Below, in pieces: positions 1 to 9,640 of a DNA stretch of 64,000 nt. The stretch is from NCBI GenBank assembly GCA_018816445.1, contig JAHIVO010000061.1, positions 305 to 64,304 on the forward strand, written 5' to 3'. This DNA comes from Patescibacteria group bacterium. Its GTDB lineage: Bacteria > Patescibacteriota > Patescibacteriia > UBA10025 > JAHIVO01. Both the position numbers and the translations under genes were made by a program. Numbering within the stretch: the stretch's first letter is position 1; every line of letters starts with the position of its first letter. Below the pieces are notes generated by a model that saw only the letters and a list, made by a program, of their open reading frames with translations, was not told where the DNA came from and ran no database searches.

Positions 1-1308
1 CGTACGGAGGTTGTTCAGAACCAGCAGCTTGTATGTCTGCCAGAGGTTGTAGACCCGAGGCATGGCGTCAAGCATGACTGCCACCTGGAGTTGGAGGGCT
101 GTCATTCCCAGTGGCCGGAATGTCACATGGAGGCCGTCATACTTTGCCCAGTTATGGACAATAATCCGCCCTTGGTCGACAAAACGCCGGTATAGCGGGG
201 CGCCCGGGATAGGTACCAAAATAAGAAACTGCGTCGTTTCTATGCCCCAGCGGATACAGCAGCGGATTGTCTGTTTGACTGTCTCAATAGTGTCGTCGTC
301 AAACCCCAGCACCCACATGGCGTGGATGGCTATCCCATACCTGTGAAAAACCTTGGTCAGCTTACGCATGTCCGCGAATTTAAGTTTCTTCCCCGCGGCG
401 TCAAGGCTGCGCTGGTTGGTTGACTCATAGCCGACAAAGACGCGGGTCACGCCGGCCATACTCATCATGGCGACTATCCTCGGACGCTTGCCTAAATCAA
501 GGCGCACCTGGCAGGAAAACTCGCGGACGAGTCCATTGCTCACGATGCTGACACAGAGCTGTTTCAGCCGAGTCGGGTTGGCGGCGGCATTATCATCGGC
601 GATAAACACCGGTGTTTCGCCATAAATACTGTCATAGAATCTAAGGTCATCGATCACAAGTTCTTTTGAACGGAATCGGTATTCATTACCGAACATCTCA
701 TATTCGGAACAAAAGTCGCAGTCCCATGGACAGCCGCGCGAAGTAATCAGCGGGATGACGCTGGGCTTGTCAAACCCGACGATCAGCCGGAGGTCAGGAG
801 TCGGCAGAGTGTCCAGATCAACCCATTGTCTCGGCAGATTGGTCGTGTTGTGGTGGTTTTCGCTTCCCACCTTGAATGAAAGGTCGGGAATGTCGAAGAG
901 CTCGCGTGGATCACGCCCGTTCTCCCACCACTTCAGCCACATCGGGAAGCTGAGGTCAGCTTCGTGGCGGAAGACGTAGTCCGCGCCATGGTCGAGCGCT
1001 TCGTCAGGAAGAAACGTCACATGCGGCCCGCCGATGAGGATAGGGACCGTTAATTTGAGTTCTTTCCTGATTTTGCGGATGAAGTCATACGCCCGGGGGA
1101 TGGTTGAAGTAATAGAAGAAATGCAGATAATATCTGCCTGCCGGACCCTTTCCCAGTCAATGGGAGCAATATCTTCACAATAAATTTCACCTTGGTGTCC
1201 CATCTTCTTGGCCATGGTGAAAAGCAGCGGCAATCCCAACCGCGGTAATCGCACGCCGGTGAATATATGCATTCCTGGCGCTCGCGGTTCAATTCCAACA
1301 ATAAACAT
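1..1308 (-). CDS. B12-binding-domain radical SAM protein; 3' end runs off the window start
   Basis: Minus-strand ORF starts at ATG (rc of 1306-1308) with upstream AAGGAGAA RBS. CPWDCDFC (CxxxCxxC) radical SAM motif. The ORF track missed it because it runs off the window edge. GC-rich relative to neighbours. Confidence 0.6.
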   Translation of the reverse strand, partial: MFIVGIEPRAPGMHIFTGVRLPRLGLPLLFTMAKKMGHQGEIYCEDIAPIDWERVRQADIICISSITSTIPRAYDFIRKIRKELKLTVPILIGGPHVTFLPDEALDHGADYVFRHEADLSFPMWLKWWENGRDPRELFDIPDLSFKVGSENHHNTTNLPRQWVDLDTLPTPDLRLIVGFDKPSVIPLITSRGCPWDCDFCSEYEMFGNEYRFRSKELVIDDLRFYDSIYGETPVFIADDNAAANPTRLKQLCVSIVSNGLVREFSCQVRLDLGKRPRIVAMMSMAGVTRVFVGYESTNQRSLDAAGKKLKFADMRKLTKVFHRYGIAIHAMWVLGFDDDTIETVKQTIRCCIRWGIETTQFLILVPIPGAPLYRRFVDQGRIIVHNWAKYDGLHVTFRPLGMTALQLQVAVMLDAMPRVYNLWQTYKLLVLNNLRT

Positions 1309-1494
1309 TAAATTCTCCTTCTTTTTTATTAAGAAACGGTTTTTATTATCTTTTTGTTTGCCTAGTAATATTGCTAGCAAAATAGACTAAAGTCAAGCGG
1401 GGTGTGAAAAGTAGCAAAAAAAATTGAAAAAATTCACAAATTTTCTCACCAGGCAACTCGTTTAGTGAGGTGTTTTTTGGTATAATTTAAATAT

Positions 1495-1746
1495 ATGTAT
1501 CACCTCTACATAGTACGCTGTGCTGATAAAACATTATACACCGGCATAGCGCAGGACGTGAATAAAAGAGTAACCGAGCACAATACCTCCGAAGTTGGCG
1601 CTAAATATACCCGATCCAGGCGGCCTGTGAAGTTGGTATACACGCGCAGGTTTCGCAGCCGCTCTACCGCGTCCCGGGCCGAGGCACGCGTCAAACAGCT
1701 ATCGCGACAAGAAAAACTCGCTATGATACAGACAGCCAAGTGTTGA
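1495..1746 (+). CDS. GIY-YIG nuclease family protein (UPF0213-like)
   Basis: YIVRCADKTLYTGIAQDVNKRVTEHN...GAKYTRSRRPVKLVY matches the GIY-YIG motif pattern. Confidence 0.6.
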   Translation: MYHLYIVRCADKTLYTGIAQDVNKRVTEHNTSEVGAKYTRSRRPVKLVYTRRFRSRSTASRAEARVKQLSRQEKLAMIQTAKC

Positions 1747-1763
1747 TTTGATATATTTAAGAC

Positions 1764-2333
1764 ATGCAAAAGAGTATTAATTTAGATAATAACAAAATTA
1801 CTTATACCCTCAAGCAGAGTAGGCGGACGCGGAGGATGCGTCTGGCGGTTTATTGTGACGGCTCGGTGGTGGTGACTCAGCCATATCACCTTGGGGAATC
1901 TGTGGTAGAAAAGTTTTTGAGCGATAAAAGTGCGTGGCTTTTGGCAAAAGTTACTTTTTTTAAACAGTTACAGGACCGGGAAATTACCCATTATAGCAAG
2001 GCTGACTATTTGAAATATAAACAGAGCGCCTATGGATTAGCTTCAGAAAGACTGGCGTATTATAATAGATTTTATCAATTTTCTTTCAACCGAGTAAATA
2101 TTAGAAACCAAAAAACTAGGTGGGGAAGCTGTTCCAGGAAAGGCAACCTCAACTTTAATTATAAGATTCTGTTTCTGGACCATAAGACGCGGGATTATAT
2201 TATTGTGCATGAGCTGTGCCACCTCAAAGAGTTTAATCACTCCCAGAGATTTTGGGGCTTGGTGGAGAAAATATTTCCAGACTGGCGAGTGATTAAAAAA
2301 GAGCTGAGGAAGAATTCCCTGATTTTAGAATAA
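1764..2333 (+). CDS. YgjP-like metal-dependent hydrolase (DUF45, HExxH)
   Basis: HELCHLKEFNHS zinc motif near the C-terminus, typical of the YgjP/WLM-like family. Confidence 0.5.
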   Translation: MQKSINLDNNKITYTLKQSRRTRRMRLAVYCDGSVVVTQPYHLGESVVEKFLSDKSAWLLAKVTFFKQLQDREITHYSKADYLKYKQSAYGLASERLAYYNRFYQFSFNRVNIRNQKTRWGSCSRKGNLNFNYKILFLDHKTRDYIIVHELCHLKEFNHSQRFWGLVEKIFPDWRVIKKELRKNSLILE

Positions 2334-2369
2334 TATTAGTTATAGGTATGGTTATAATCGTGAGTATGG

Positions 2370-2401
2370 TTGACAGTTGACAGTAGGCTGTCAACTGTCA
2401 A
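2370..2401. promoter_or_regulatory. Perfect 14-bp inverted repeat TTGACAGTTGACAG-N4-CTGTCAACTGTCAA
   Basis: Read directly in the intergenic region upstream of the helicase gene. Each arm is a tandem TTGACAG. No T-run follows, so an operator is more likely than a terminator. Confidence 0.45.
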
Positions 2402-2706
2402 TGAGACAGCGGCACAAATACGAAATAAAAAATTATGCATAGGTAAAATTATAGGTTTATCTATTACAGGTAGTTAAAAAGGATTTGATGTTATTAGTGA
2501 AGTCTAGAATTTAAAAATATATATTTATACTCCGGAAGAAATGAAGCAAGCCCAGTAGCTGATAGATAGGATACTGATTTTATGGGAATACTGTAGCTGT
2601 TTTATGTATTTCGTGCTAGTATGCATCTGTAAAGAGCATCAATCAAGGCACATAGTAGGGTACTGCGCCTTGCTCTAATTTTTTATTATCAATTAATATC
2701 ATCAGT

Positions 2707-3909
2707 ATGACACACGAACCCGCAATAAATTTTTATGGACTTGGGATTGCTCCCAAGCTTCTGGAGATACTTAAAAAAAATCGATTTACTAAACCGACGC
2801 CAATTCAGGCAAAAACCATTCCGCTGGCAATTGAGAGCAAGGACCTGATCGGCATAGCGCAAACCGGGACAGGGAAAACACTTGCCTTTGGCATGCCCAT
2901 GATGCAAAACATCGCACGCTTAAAAACGCGAGGGCTTATTTTGGTTCCCACGCGTGAGTTGGCCGCGCAAGTAGATGAGGTACTTGTGAATTTAGGTAAA
3001 TCATTTGGACTTAAAACAGTGCTCATTATCGGCGGCGCGTCCGCCGGCCAGCAGATACGCGCGCTCAAAGCCACGCCGCATATCATCATAGCCACGCCGG
3101 GCAGGCTCATTGACCACCTCTCAAAACAACCCACCTTACTGCAGGGAATCGGCATTGTCGTGCTTGATGAAGCTGATCGGATGCTTGATATGGGATTTGC
3201 ACCGCAGATTGAAAAGATTCTTATCCGTACTCCCAAACAGCGGCAGACAATGCTTTTTTCGGCAACCATGCCGCAGTCTATAGTCGCGATCGCTAACCGG
3301 CATATGCACTTGCCGTTGCGCGTTGAAATTGCGAAATCCGGAACCACAGTCAAGGAAATAGATCAGGAAGTGATTTTTCTTTCAGCCAACGATAAACGCC
3401 CCACCCTAAAGATTCTTCTTGAGCGCTATAGCGGTTCTATTTTGATATTTTCCCGCACGAAATGGGGCGCGAAAAAACTTGCCAATACAATCCGCCATAT
3501 GGGGTATACGGCATCGGAGATTCATTCAAATAGAAGTTTGGCCCAGCGGCGGTCAGCCATTGAAGGATTTAAAAAAGGTGCGCATCGTATTCTGGTCGCT
3601 ACTGATATCGCCGCCCGCGGTCTTGACGTGAATAACATTGAAGTCGTCATTAATTATGATTTGCCGGGCACGCCAGATGATTATGTCCACCGCATCGGGC
3701 GTACTGCGCGAGCTGGTAAAAAAGGTAAAGCAATTTCATTCGCCACCCCTGACCAAAGACGGGACGTTCAGGACATTGAACGGCTGATACGGACGCAGCT
3801 CGTTGTCGGGAAGGAAACCTCGGTGTCTAAATTGCCCCAGCATCAAGCGCATCATCCGCGGAAACGGCATTCTCGTTACCGTTCACGCCAACATCGCAGA
3901 CGACGATAG
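2707..3909 (+). CDS. DEAD-box ATP-dependent RNA helicase
   Basis: Q-motif, AQTGTGKT, DEAD, SAT and HRIGRTARAG motifs are all present. Basic C-terminal tail. Confidence 0.9.
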   Translation: MTHEPAINFYGLGIAPKLLEILKKNRFTKPTPIQAKTIPLAIESKDLIGIAQTGTGKTLAFGMPMMQNIARLKTRGLILVPTRELAAQVDEVLVNLGKSFGLKTVLIIGGASAGQQIRALKATPHIIIATPGRLIDHLSKQPTLLQGIGIVVLDEADRMLDMGFAPQIEKILIRTPKQRQTMLFSATMPQSIVAIANRHMHLPLRVEIAKSGTTVKEIDQEVIFLSANDKRPTLKILLERYSGSILIFSRTKWGAKKLANTIRHMGYTASEIHSNRSLAQRRSAIEGFKKGAHRILVATDIAARGLDVNNIEVVINYDLPGTPDDYVHRIGRTARAGKKGKAISFATPDQRRDVQDIERLIRTQLVVGKETSVSKLPQHQAHHPRKRHSRYRSRQHRRRR

Positions 3910-3963
3910 TTGTGCGGGTAGTATAAAGTTTTTGGTTTATTTATTTGTGCTATAATTGTTTTA

Positions 3964-4784
3964 TGGAAGCAGAATACGTCATAAAAAATGGTGAATTAAT
4001 TTCCAAGGAAAAGGCCTGTATCTCTGTTTACAATAAGGCCATGTTTTTTGATTTTTGCGTTTATTCAAACATCAAAGTGGTACAGGGCCAGATGATAATG
4101 GCCGAGATAGAAGTAGATCGGCTAATCTCTTCAGCAAAAATAATTGGACTGGATCATAAGTTTAAAAAAGAGGAAATTATTAATTGGGCTAAGCAATTAG
4201 TTGAGAAAAATAATTTACACGACTCATTAATTCGTTTACTGTTAATTGGTCCGGAACAGGATTCTGAAGCGCAGTTATTTTTGTTTCCGGTCGGCCTGAC
4301 TTTCCACCAAAAGCAGTGGTATAAGCAGGGCGCTAAGCTGATTACCTTTCAGGGCGAGCGATTTATGCCCACGGCTAAAGTAAAAAGCCTGTTTATGTCT
4401 TATATGGCTTATAGCCAAGCCAGGAAAGCTGGCGCTTATGATGCGCTCCTAATTGACCGTGATGGGAATATTAGGGAAGGGACACGCTCCAGCTTTTTTG
4501 TTATTAAAGACAATGTGTTAATAGCACCGCCAGCAGAAAAGGTATTGGTCGGAGCCACCCGGACGATTTTAATGGCTATAGTGCCAGATATTATGCAGGT
4601 AAAAGAGGAAGATATCCCCTTAAGCAGGATTAAAGAATATGATGAATATTTTGTGACTGGCACTTCAGTTAAGGTGATGCCGGTTCGGCAGATTGATGAT
4701 ACAGTAGTTAAACAAGGAGAGAGCGAGATGGTTATGAAGTTAAGACAGGCATTTAAGGATTATTGTAAAAAGACAATAGCGTAA
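3964..4784 (+). CDS. Class IV aminotransferase (branched-chain / D-amino-acid aminotransferase family)
   Basis: N-terminal IKNGELISKEKACISVYNKAMFFDFCVYS resembles the class IV N-terminus. EGTRSSFFVIKDN motif. Start chosen at the internal ATG (3964); the track ORF begins at 3945. Confidence 0.6.
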
Positions 4785-4900
4785 TTTAGTATAATAGTTA
4801 TATACAGCTAACCAGGCTGTTTTTTCCTTGACAATAAAAATATTTATGATAATATGCGGGATTAAGAAGATGAATATTTTAAAAGGTATCAAGAGGAATA

Positions 4901-5152
4901 ATGGGCAAAGGAAAATTGGTACAGTTCTCTGAATTGCCCTGGAATAGCTGCTTTCGATTACCAGACGGGGATGAGGTGTTATGGAAACACGCATGTGCTG
5001 TTTATCTCCTCAAATCAAACGGAGGTACGGATGGCTGGTTTCTTGGTTCTGACCATGAGATTTTACCTACTACAGAGGTAGTGTTAGTTGATAAATCTGA
5101 GATAAGCCCTACTGAGATTCCGATAATACAAAATTGCAATGGTGTTACTTGA
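4901..5152 (+). CDS. Hypothetical small protein
   Basis: 83-aa ORF followed by a terminator. No recognisable family. Confidence 0.3.
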   Translation: MGKGKLVQFSELPWNSCFRLPDGDEVLWKHACAVYLLKSNGGTDGWFLGSDHEILPTTEVVLVDKSEISPTEIPIIQNCNGVT

Positions 5153-5167
5153 GATATCCAATTCTCC

Positions 5168-5198
5168 GGGCCCTGCTTTTTCTAAGAGGGCCTTTTTT
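5168..5198 (+). terminator. Rho-independent terminator (GGCCCT...AGGGCC + T6)
   Basis: 6-bp GC stem with a 12-nt loop, followed by TTTTTT. Confidence 0.5.
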
Positions 5199-5283
5199 AT
5201 TTGACTAAATAGTACTTAATGGTATGATAAACTAATTAATAAAAACAAATAAACAAAGGGTTTTTTAACAAGGAGGTGTACAA

Positions 5284-6795
5284 GTGAGTACACAAGAATT
5301 TGATAAGCTGATTGAATTACTTCAGCCAGCAAATCAAAAGGGAAGTATTGCTGCCCGTTTGCATTTTGATGATCAGACAGGCAGTCCACCGGATGAGGAG
5401 GCCAAGAAACAATTAGCCCAGTTAATGGCTCTGGCTGAGCGCGAAGCGCACGAGCTGTTTACAGCCGATTCGATTAGCCAAGCACTCACTGGACGTACCG
5501 GCTTATCCTTAACCGAGCAGCGCATGGTTGACCGTTTACAACTTTCTCATGATATGGCCAAACGGATACCGCCGGAGTTCGTACAGAAGCAGAGAGAGCA
5601 TATTCAGGCCGCTAATCGGGTCTGGATCGAGGCGCGTCAAAAAAGCGACTTTACCCTGTTCCAAAATACTTTTACAAAATCGGTGGAACTGGCGCGGGAA
5701 GAAGCGATCATGCTGGGGGCTGATTCCGGCCGGCCGGAAACTTATTATCCGGCCTTACTGCCGATTTACGAGCCGGGCATGGATTTTGCGCGTCTAAGAG
5801 AAATCATTGAGGCAGTGCAGGGACCGACCGTTGACTTGCTAGGCCGGATCACCAGTTCCGGCAAGGAGTTCACTGATAAGCTGTGGCGCGGTTATTTCGA
5901 AATTGACCGGCAAAAGTCTTTGGGTCAGACTGCCGCTTGGCTAATGGGCTATGATTTTAAGCGGGGCATACTGAAAGTCACAGTCCATCCGTTCATGTCC
6001 ACTGTCGGTTTGAATGATTGTCGGATTACTACTCGCTATGACCCGACCTACCTGCCTCAAGCACTGGGCGGCGTGATGCATGAGGCTGGTCACGGACTGT
6101 ATGAGCAGAATGTGGCTGAAGCGATTCGCCGTTTCATCACCGTACCGCTGGTTCATTCGCACGGCATCCATGAATCAAGTTCTCTGTTGTGGGAATGCTT
6201 TGTCGGGCGCAGTAAGCCGTTCCTGCAGTTCTTCCACCCGATCCTGACGGCTCTTTTTGAGCAGTACCGGGATGTGTCAGTGGATGAGCTGTATCAGGCA
6301 ATTAACCGGGTTATGCCCAGTTTTATTCGTGTGGAAGCGGATGAACTGACTTACAACCTGCACATTATTCTCAGGTTCGGTATGGAGCCGGAAATTTTGG
6401 CCGGCAATATCAAACCAGAGGATGTGCCAGCAGAGTGGAACCGCCGGTTTAAAGAGCTCTTTGGCATCGCGGTTGACACTGATGCAAATGGTTGTTTGCA
6501 AGATATCCACTGGTCGCACGGGTACTTCGGGTATTTCCCGACGTATTTGCTCGGCAAGCTGGGCGCGGCTCAGCTCTTTGCCGCCTTTGTTAAGGCTGTA
6601 CCAAGTTGGCAGGAGCAGTTCCGAATGGGCAATTTCAGAGTTTTGCTTGATTGGCTGTGTAAGAACGTCTATCCCTATGGACATGTTTCGGCTATGGACG
6701 ATCTGATGGTTAAAGCCACAGGTGAGAAGCTGAATCCGAAATATTGGTTTGATCATCTGGAGGAGAAGTTTGGCCAATTGTATGGCTTGAATTAG
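5284..6795 (+). CDS. M32 carboxypeptidase (Taq-type thermostable carboxypeptidase family)
   Basis: HEAGHGLYEQ (HExxH), GYFGYFPTY and DxRxT-like motifs. GTG start preceded by AAGGAGG. Confidence 0.8.
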   Translation: MSTQEFDKLIELLQPANQKGSIAARLHFDDQTGSPPDEEAKKQLAQLMALAEREAHELFTADSISQALTGRTGLSLTEQRMVDRLQLSHDMAKRIPPEFVQKQREHIQAANRVWIEARQKSDFTLFQNTFTKSVELAREEAIMLGADSGRPETYYPALLPIYEPGMDFARLREIIEAVQGPTVDLLGRITSSGKEFTDKLWRGYFEIDRQKSLGQTAAWLMGYDFKRGILKVTVHPFMSTVGLNDCRITTRYDPTYLPQALGGVMHEAGHGLYEQNVAEAIRRFITVPLVHSHGIHESSSLLWECFVGRSKPFLQFFHPILTALFEQYRDVSVDELYQAINRVMPSFIRVEADELTYNLHIILRFGMEPEILAGNIKPEDVPAEWNRRFKELFGIAVDTDANGCLQDIHWSHGYFGYFPTYLLGKLGAAQLFAAFVKAVPSWQEQFRMGNFRVLLDWLCKNVYPYGHVSAMDDLMVKATGEKLNPKYWFDHLEEKFGQLYGLN

Positions 6796-6860
6796 CTCTT
6801 TCGTAGGTAATTTTATGTTTATGGTGCGCAACGTACGTTGCGCACTTTTTTTAATAGGAG

Positions 6861-6890
6861 TATATTTAATTATGGGTATATATTCATAAT
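6861..6890. promoter_or_regulatory. Conserved ~30-bp upstream element TATATTTAATTATGGGTATATATTCATAAT (paralog at 21365-21394)
   Basis: Near-identical sequence about 100 bp upstream of both Gly-rich DUF5320-like genes. Confidence 0.45.
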
Positions 6891-6994
6891 AATTCATTGT
6901 TAATAGTATAAAGTTTATAGTCGATTGCCATTAACAATAAACTATCAACTAAAAATAAAGGTCATTAATTAGTTATCCACAAGGAAATAAAACT

Positions 6995-7261
6995 ATGCCA
7001 AATTACGATGGTCAAGGTCCCGGATGGGGCGGCGGACCAGGCGCTGGCTGGGGATATGGTCCGTGCACCTGCCCGCCATTGGCTTCGCCAACAGGCGAAG
7101 GCAGGCGGGGCGCTGGTCGCGGTTGGGGACGCGGCTGGAGACGTAGAATTAAATGGAGTAAAGAGGATGAGATGAAAATGCTGGAAGATGAAGAAGCGGC
7201 TATAACAGAAGAGCTGGCTGAAATCCAAAAAGCCAAGCAGGAACTTAAAGCTGAACAATAA
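6995..7261 (+). CDS. Glycine-rich DUF5320-like protein with C-terminal coiled coil
   Basis: MPNYDGQGPGWGGGPGAGWGYGPC... followed by EDEMKMLEDEEAAITEELAEIQKAKQELKAEQ. Paralog at 21486-21806. The family assignment is from memory of the MPrgDGTGPmG...coiled-coil pattern. Confidence 0.55.
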   Translation: MPNYDGQGPGWGGGPGAGWGYGPCTCPPLASPTGEGRRGAGRGWGRGWRRRIKWSKEDEMKMLEDEEAAITEELAEIQKAKQELKAEQ

Positions 7262-7439
7262 CACCAGTCCCACTTGTTAATTGACAAGAATTAGGCTAGA
7301 GTATAAGAAAACAAGTGGGGCTAATTCTAGCCATTTAATTAAAATATCAAAATACAAAATTTAAATGGCAATTAATAATTTAGTTTTTAATTTTTTCAAT
7401 GTTATTTTCAATTTTTATAATTAAATTTTCATTTTTATT

Positions 7440-7715
7440 ATGACCAGGCCTCGTTTATGCAGAAGAGTAAAATTCAGACCGCGGACTACCTTTTTTAAGC
7501 CGCGCGGAGTTCCTTTGCGATCTTTGGATATTGTTGAATTATCAAAAGAAGAAGTTGAAGCTATGCGTTTAAAAAATATTTCAGGCTTAGACCAAACCGA
7601 ATGTGCCAAAGCTATGCGTACTTCACAAAGCACTTTCCAGCGCATATTATCTTCTGCTTATAATAAAATCAGCCAGGCAATAATTAAAGGCAAGGCAATT
7701 TCAATTCAAAAATAA
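7440..7715 (+). CDS. DUF134/UPF0251-family predicted DNA-binding protein
   Basis: MTRPRLCRRVKFRPRTTFFKPRG...ELSKEEVEAMRLKNISGLDQTECAKAMRTSQSTFQRIL, sigma-70 region-4-like HTH. Paralog at 22109-22384. Confidence 0.7.
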   Translation: MTRPRLCRRVKFRPRTTFFKPRGVPLRSLDIVELSKEEVEAMRLKNISGLDQTECAKAMRTSQSTFQRILSSAYNKISQAIIKGKAISIQK

Positions 7716-7717
7716 TA

Positions 7718-8857
7718 ATGCTTAATAAGATATTAAAATTTATATTTATATTCTCGACACTGTTGTTTTTTGCATTGCCTGTTTCAGCTAAAGATAACGA
7801 TAGTGTTGAAATTAACTTTTTTTACAGCGATACCTGCCCTCATTGCGCCAAAGAAGAGGTTTTTTTAGATGGGCTGGAACAGGAATTAGGCGATACAATC
7901 TTAATTAGCCGATATGAGGTGTCTGATAAGGATAATTTGGAGATATTTGAGAAGTTTATTGAATCGTCAGGCCAGGAAGTTAGGGGCGTGCCGGCCACTT
8001 TCATCGGCGATAAGGAAGTAATTGTGGGGTTCAACTCCAGCACTGATACAGGCCAGCGCATCAGGAATGTAATTAATGAATGCTTAAGTGAGTGTCCGGC
8101 CGATAATTCATTATTAGTTGATTTGCCGTTGTTCGGTGAAACGGATTTATCAAAATATTCATTGTTCGGTTTAACCGCCGTTGTGGCAGCCATTGACGGA
8201 TTCAATCCCTGCGCTATGTGGGTGCTGATTATCCTGATTGGATTTTTATTGGGCATGGAAAACCGGCGGCGCATGTGGACACTGGGCCTGACGTTTATTG
8301 CGGCCTCGGCTTTGGTTTACTTTATATTTTTAGCCGCCTGGCTGAAGTTTTTTCAGTTTATCGGGGTAGTCAGGCCGGTGCAGATTATTATTGGCTTAGT
8401 GGCTATTAGCGTGGCTATATATTATTTCCGGCGGTTTTGGAAATCACGTCCGGGTGAGTGTGAAGTGACCAATGTGGATCAGCGCCGCAAGATTACAGTG
8501 CGCATGAAAGCGGTTATTCAAAAGCGTTCTTTATTACTTGCCCTAATAGGAATTATTGGATTAGCTTTTGTGGTCAATTTGATTGAACTAGCCTGTTCAG
8601 CCGGTCTGCCTGCTATTTTTGCGCAGGTGCTGGCCTTAAGCGACTTGCCGTCCTGGCAGTATTATTTCTATCTGTTATTATATGTGATTATTTTCATGCT
8701 TGATGACATGATTGTATTTGCCATAGCCATGATAACTATGAAAGCGGCTGGCACTACAGGTAAGTACAGCCGTTATGCCACTTTAATCGGAGCTATTGTA
8801 ATACTGTTTTTAGGACTTTTGTTAATGTTAAAGCCAGAGTGGATTATGTTTGGTTAG
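7718..8857 (+). CDS. Membrane thiol-disulfide oxidoreductase: N-terminal thioredoxin-fold (CPHC) fused to a CcdA/DsbD-like transmembrane domain
   Basis: Signal peptide, FYSDTCPHCAKEE, then a polytopic domain with Cys in TM segments (DGFNPCAMW, LACSAGLP). Confidence 0.45.
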   Translation: MLNKILKFIFIFSTLLFFALPVSAKDNDSVEINFFYSDTCPHCAKEEVFLDGLEQELGDTILISRYEVSDKDNLEIFEKFIESSGQEVRGVPATFIGDKEVIVGFNSSTDTGQRIRNVINECLSECPADNSLLVDLPLFGETDLSKYSLFGLTAVVAAIDGFNPCAMWVLIILIGFLLGMENRRRMWTLGLTFIAASALVYFIFLAAWLKFFQFIGVVRPVQIIIGLVAISVAIYYFRRFWKSRPGECEVTNVDQRRKITVRMKAVIQKRSLLLALIGIIGLAFVVNLIELACSAGLPAIFAQVLALSDLPSWQYYFYLLLYVIIFMLDDMIVFAIAMITMKAAGTTGKYSRYATLIGAIVILFLGLLLMLKPEWIMFG

Positions 8858-8949
8858 ATTAGTTTGTAGTGAGTAGTAGGTTGTAGGTAGTTACAATTAG
8901 TGATTACCTTTTTTGTTTTAAATGATTTTCTGGGATATAATAGGCTCAT

Positions 8950-9636
8950 ATGGCTTTTTTAAATAGTGCATTTGATAAGGTATTTCGCAGGAATAAAGAC
9001 ATCTGGAAAACGGATTTATTTGTGGTGGGAGTTTTTTTATTAATTACGCTGATTTATTTGTTCTGGCAGCCGAAATTACCCACACGCGAGGAAATTGAAC
9101 AGTTAACCTACCATTTTGGCAGTATTGGCCCCTTAGCAATTATTGGTGTAATAATCGTAGAAACAGTAATAGCTCCGATTCCCGGGGCGATAATTCCCAT
9201 AGCTGTCGGCGCTTTATACGGTATTTGGCCGGGCATATTATACGTTTGGATCGGCGATGTGGCCGGTTCAATCATTGCTTTTTGGATATCACGCAAGCTA
9301 GGCCGGCCGGTGGTTGAAAAAATTATAAATAGCAAGAAAATTGACCATTATGACAAGTTCTTGCACCGCAACCAGCTGTTTATTTGGCTGATTTATATTG
9401 TGCCGATATTCCCCATTGATATGATCAGTTTTGTTATTGGCTTGTCAAAAATATCCTTTAAACGGTTTTTATATATTGTTGGCGTGGGTTTTGTTTTGAA
9501 TCTTTTGATTTTAACCTTTTTTGGGGATCAATTAATTACTGCTTCTGGTACTGCAAAAATGTGGTATGCAATAATTATTATGGTTGTAATATTAGTAACA
9601 GTGTCCATTGAAAAGAAAGTGTTTAGAAAAGATTAA
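8950..9636 (+). CDS. DedA/TVP38-family membrane protein
   Basis: Polytopic membrane protein. The GxxxPIPGAIIPIAVG and RFLYIVGVGFV segments are typical of DedA. Confidence 0.6.
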   Translation: MAFLNSAFDKVFRRNKDIWKTDLFVVGVFLLITLIYLFWQPKLPTREEIEQLTYHFGSIGPLAIIGVIIVETVIAPIPGAIIPIAVGALYGIWPGILYVWIGDVAGSIIAFWISRKLGRPVVEKIINSKKIDHYDKFLHRNQLFIWLIYIVPIFPIDMISFVIGLSKISFKRFLYIVGVGFVLNLLILTFFGDQLITASGTAKMWYAIIIMVVILVTVSIEKKVFRKD

Positions 9637-9640
9637 AAAT

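Noticed and set aside
2043-3353. Minus-strand ORFs inside the YgjP-like gene (2043-2240), the helicase (2805-3353) and similar antisense ORFs elsewhere in the track
   Set aside because: They are fully embedded antisense in well-supported genes. No independent evidence.
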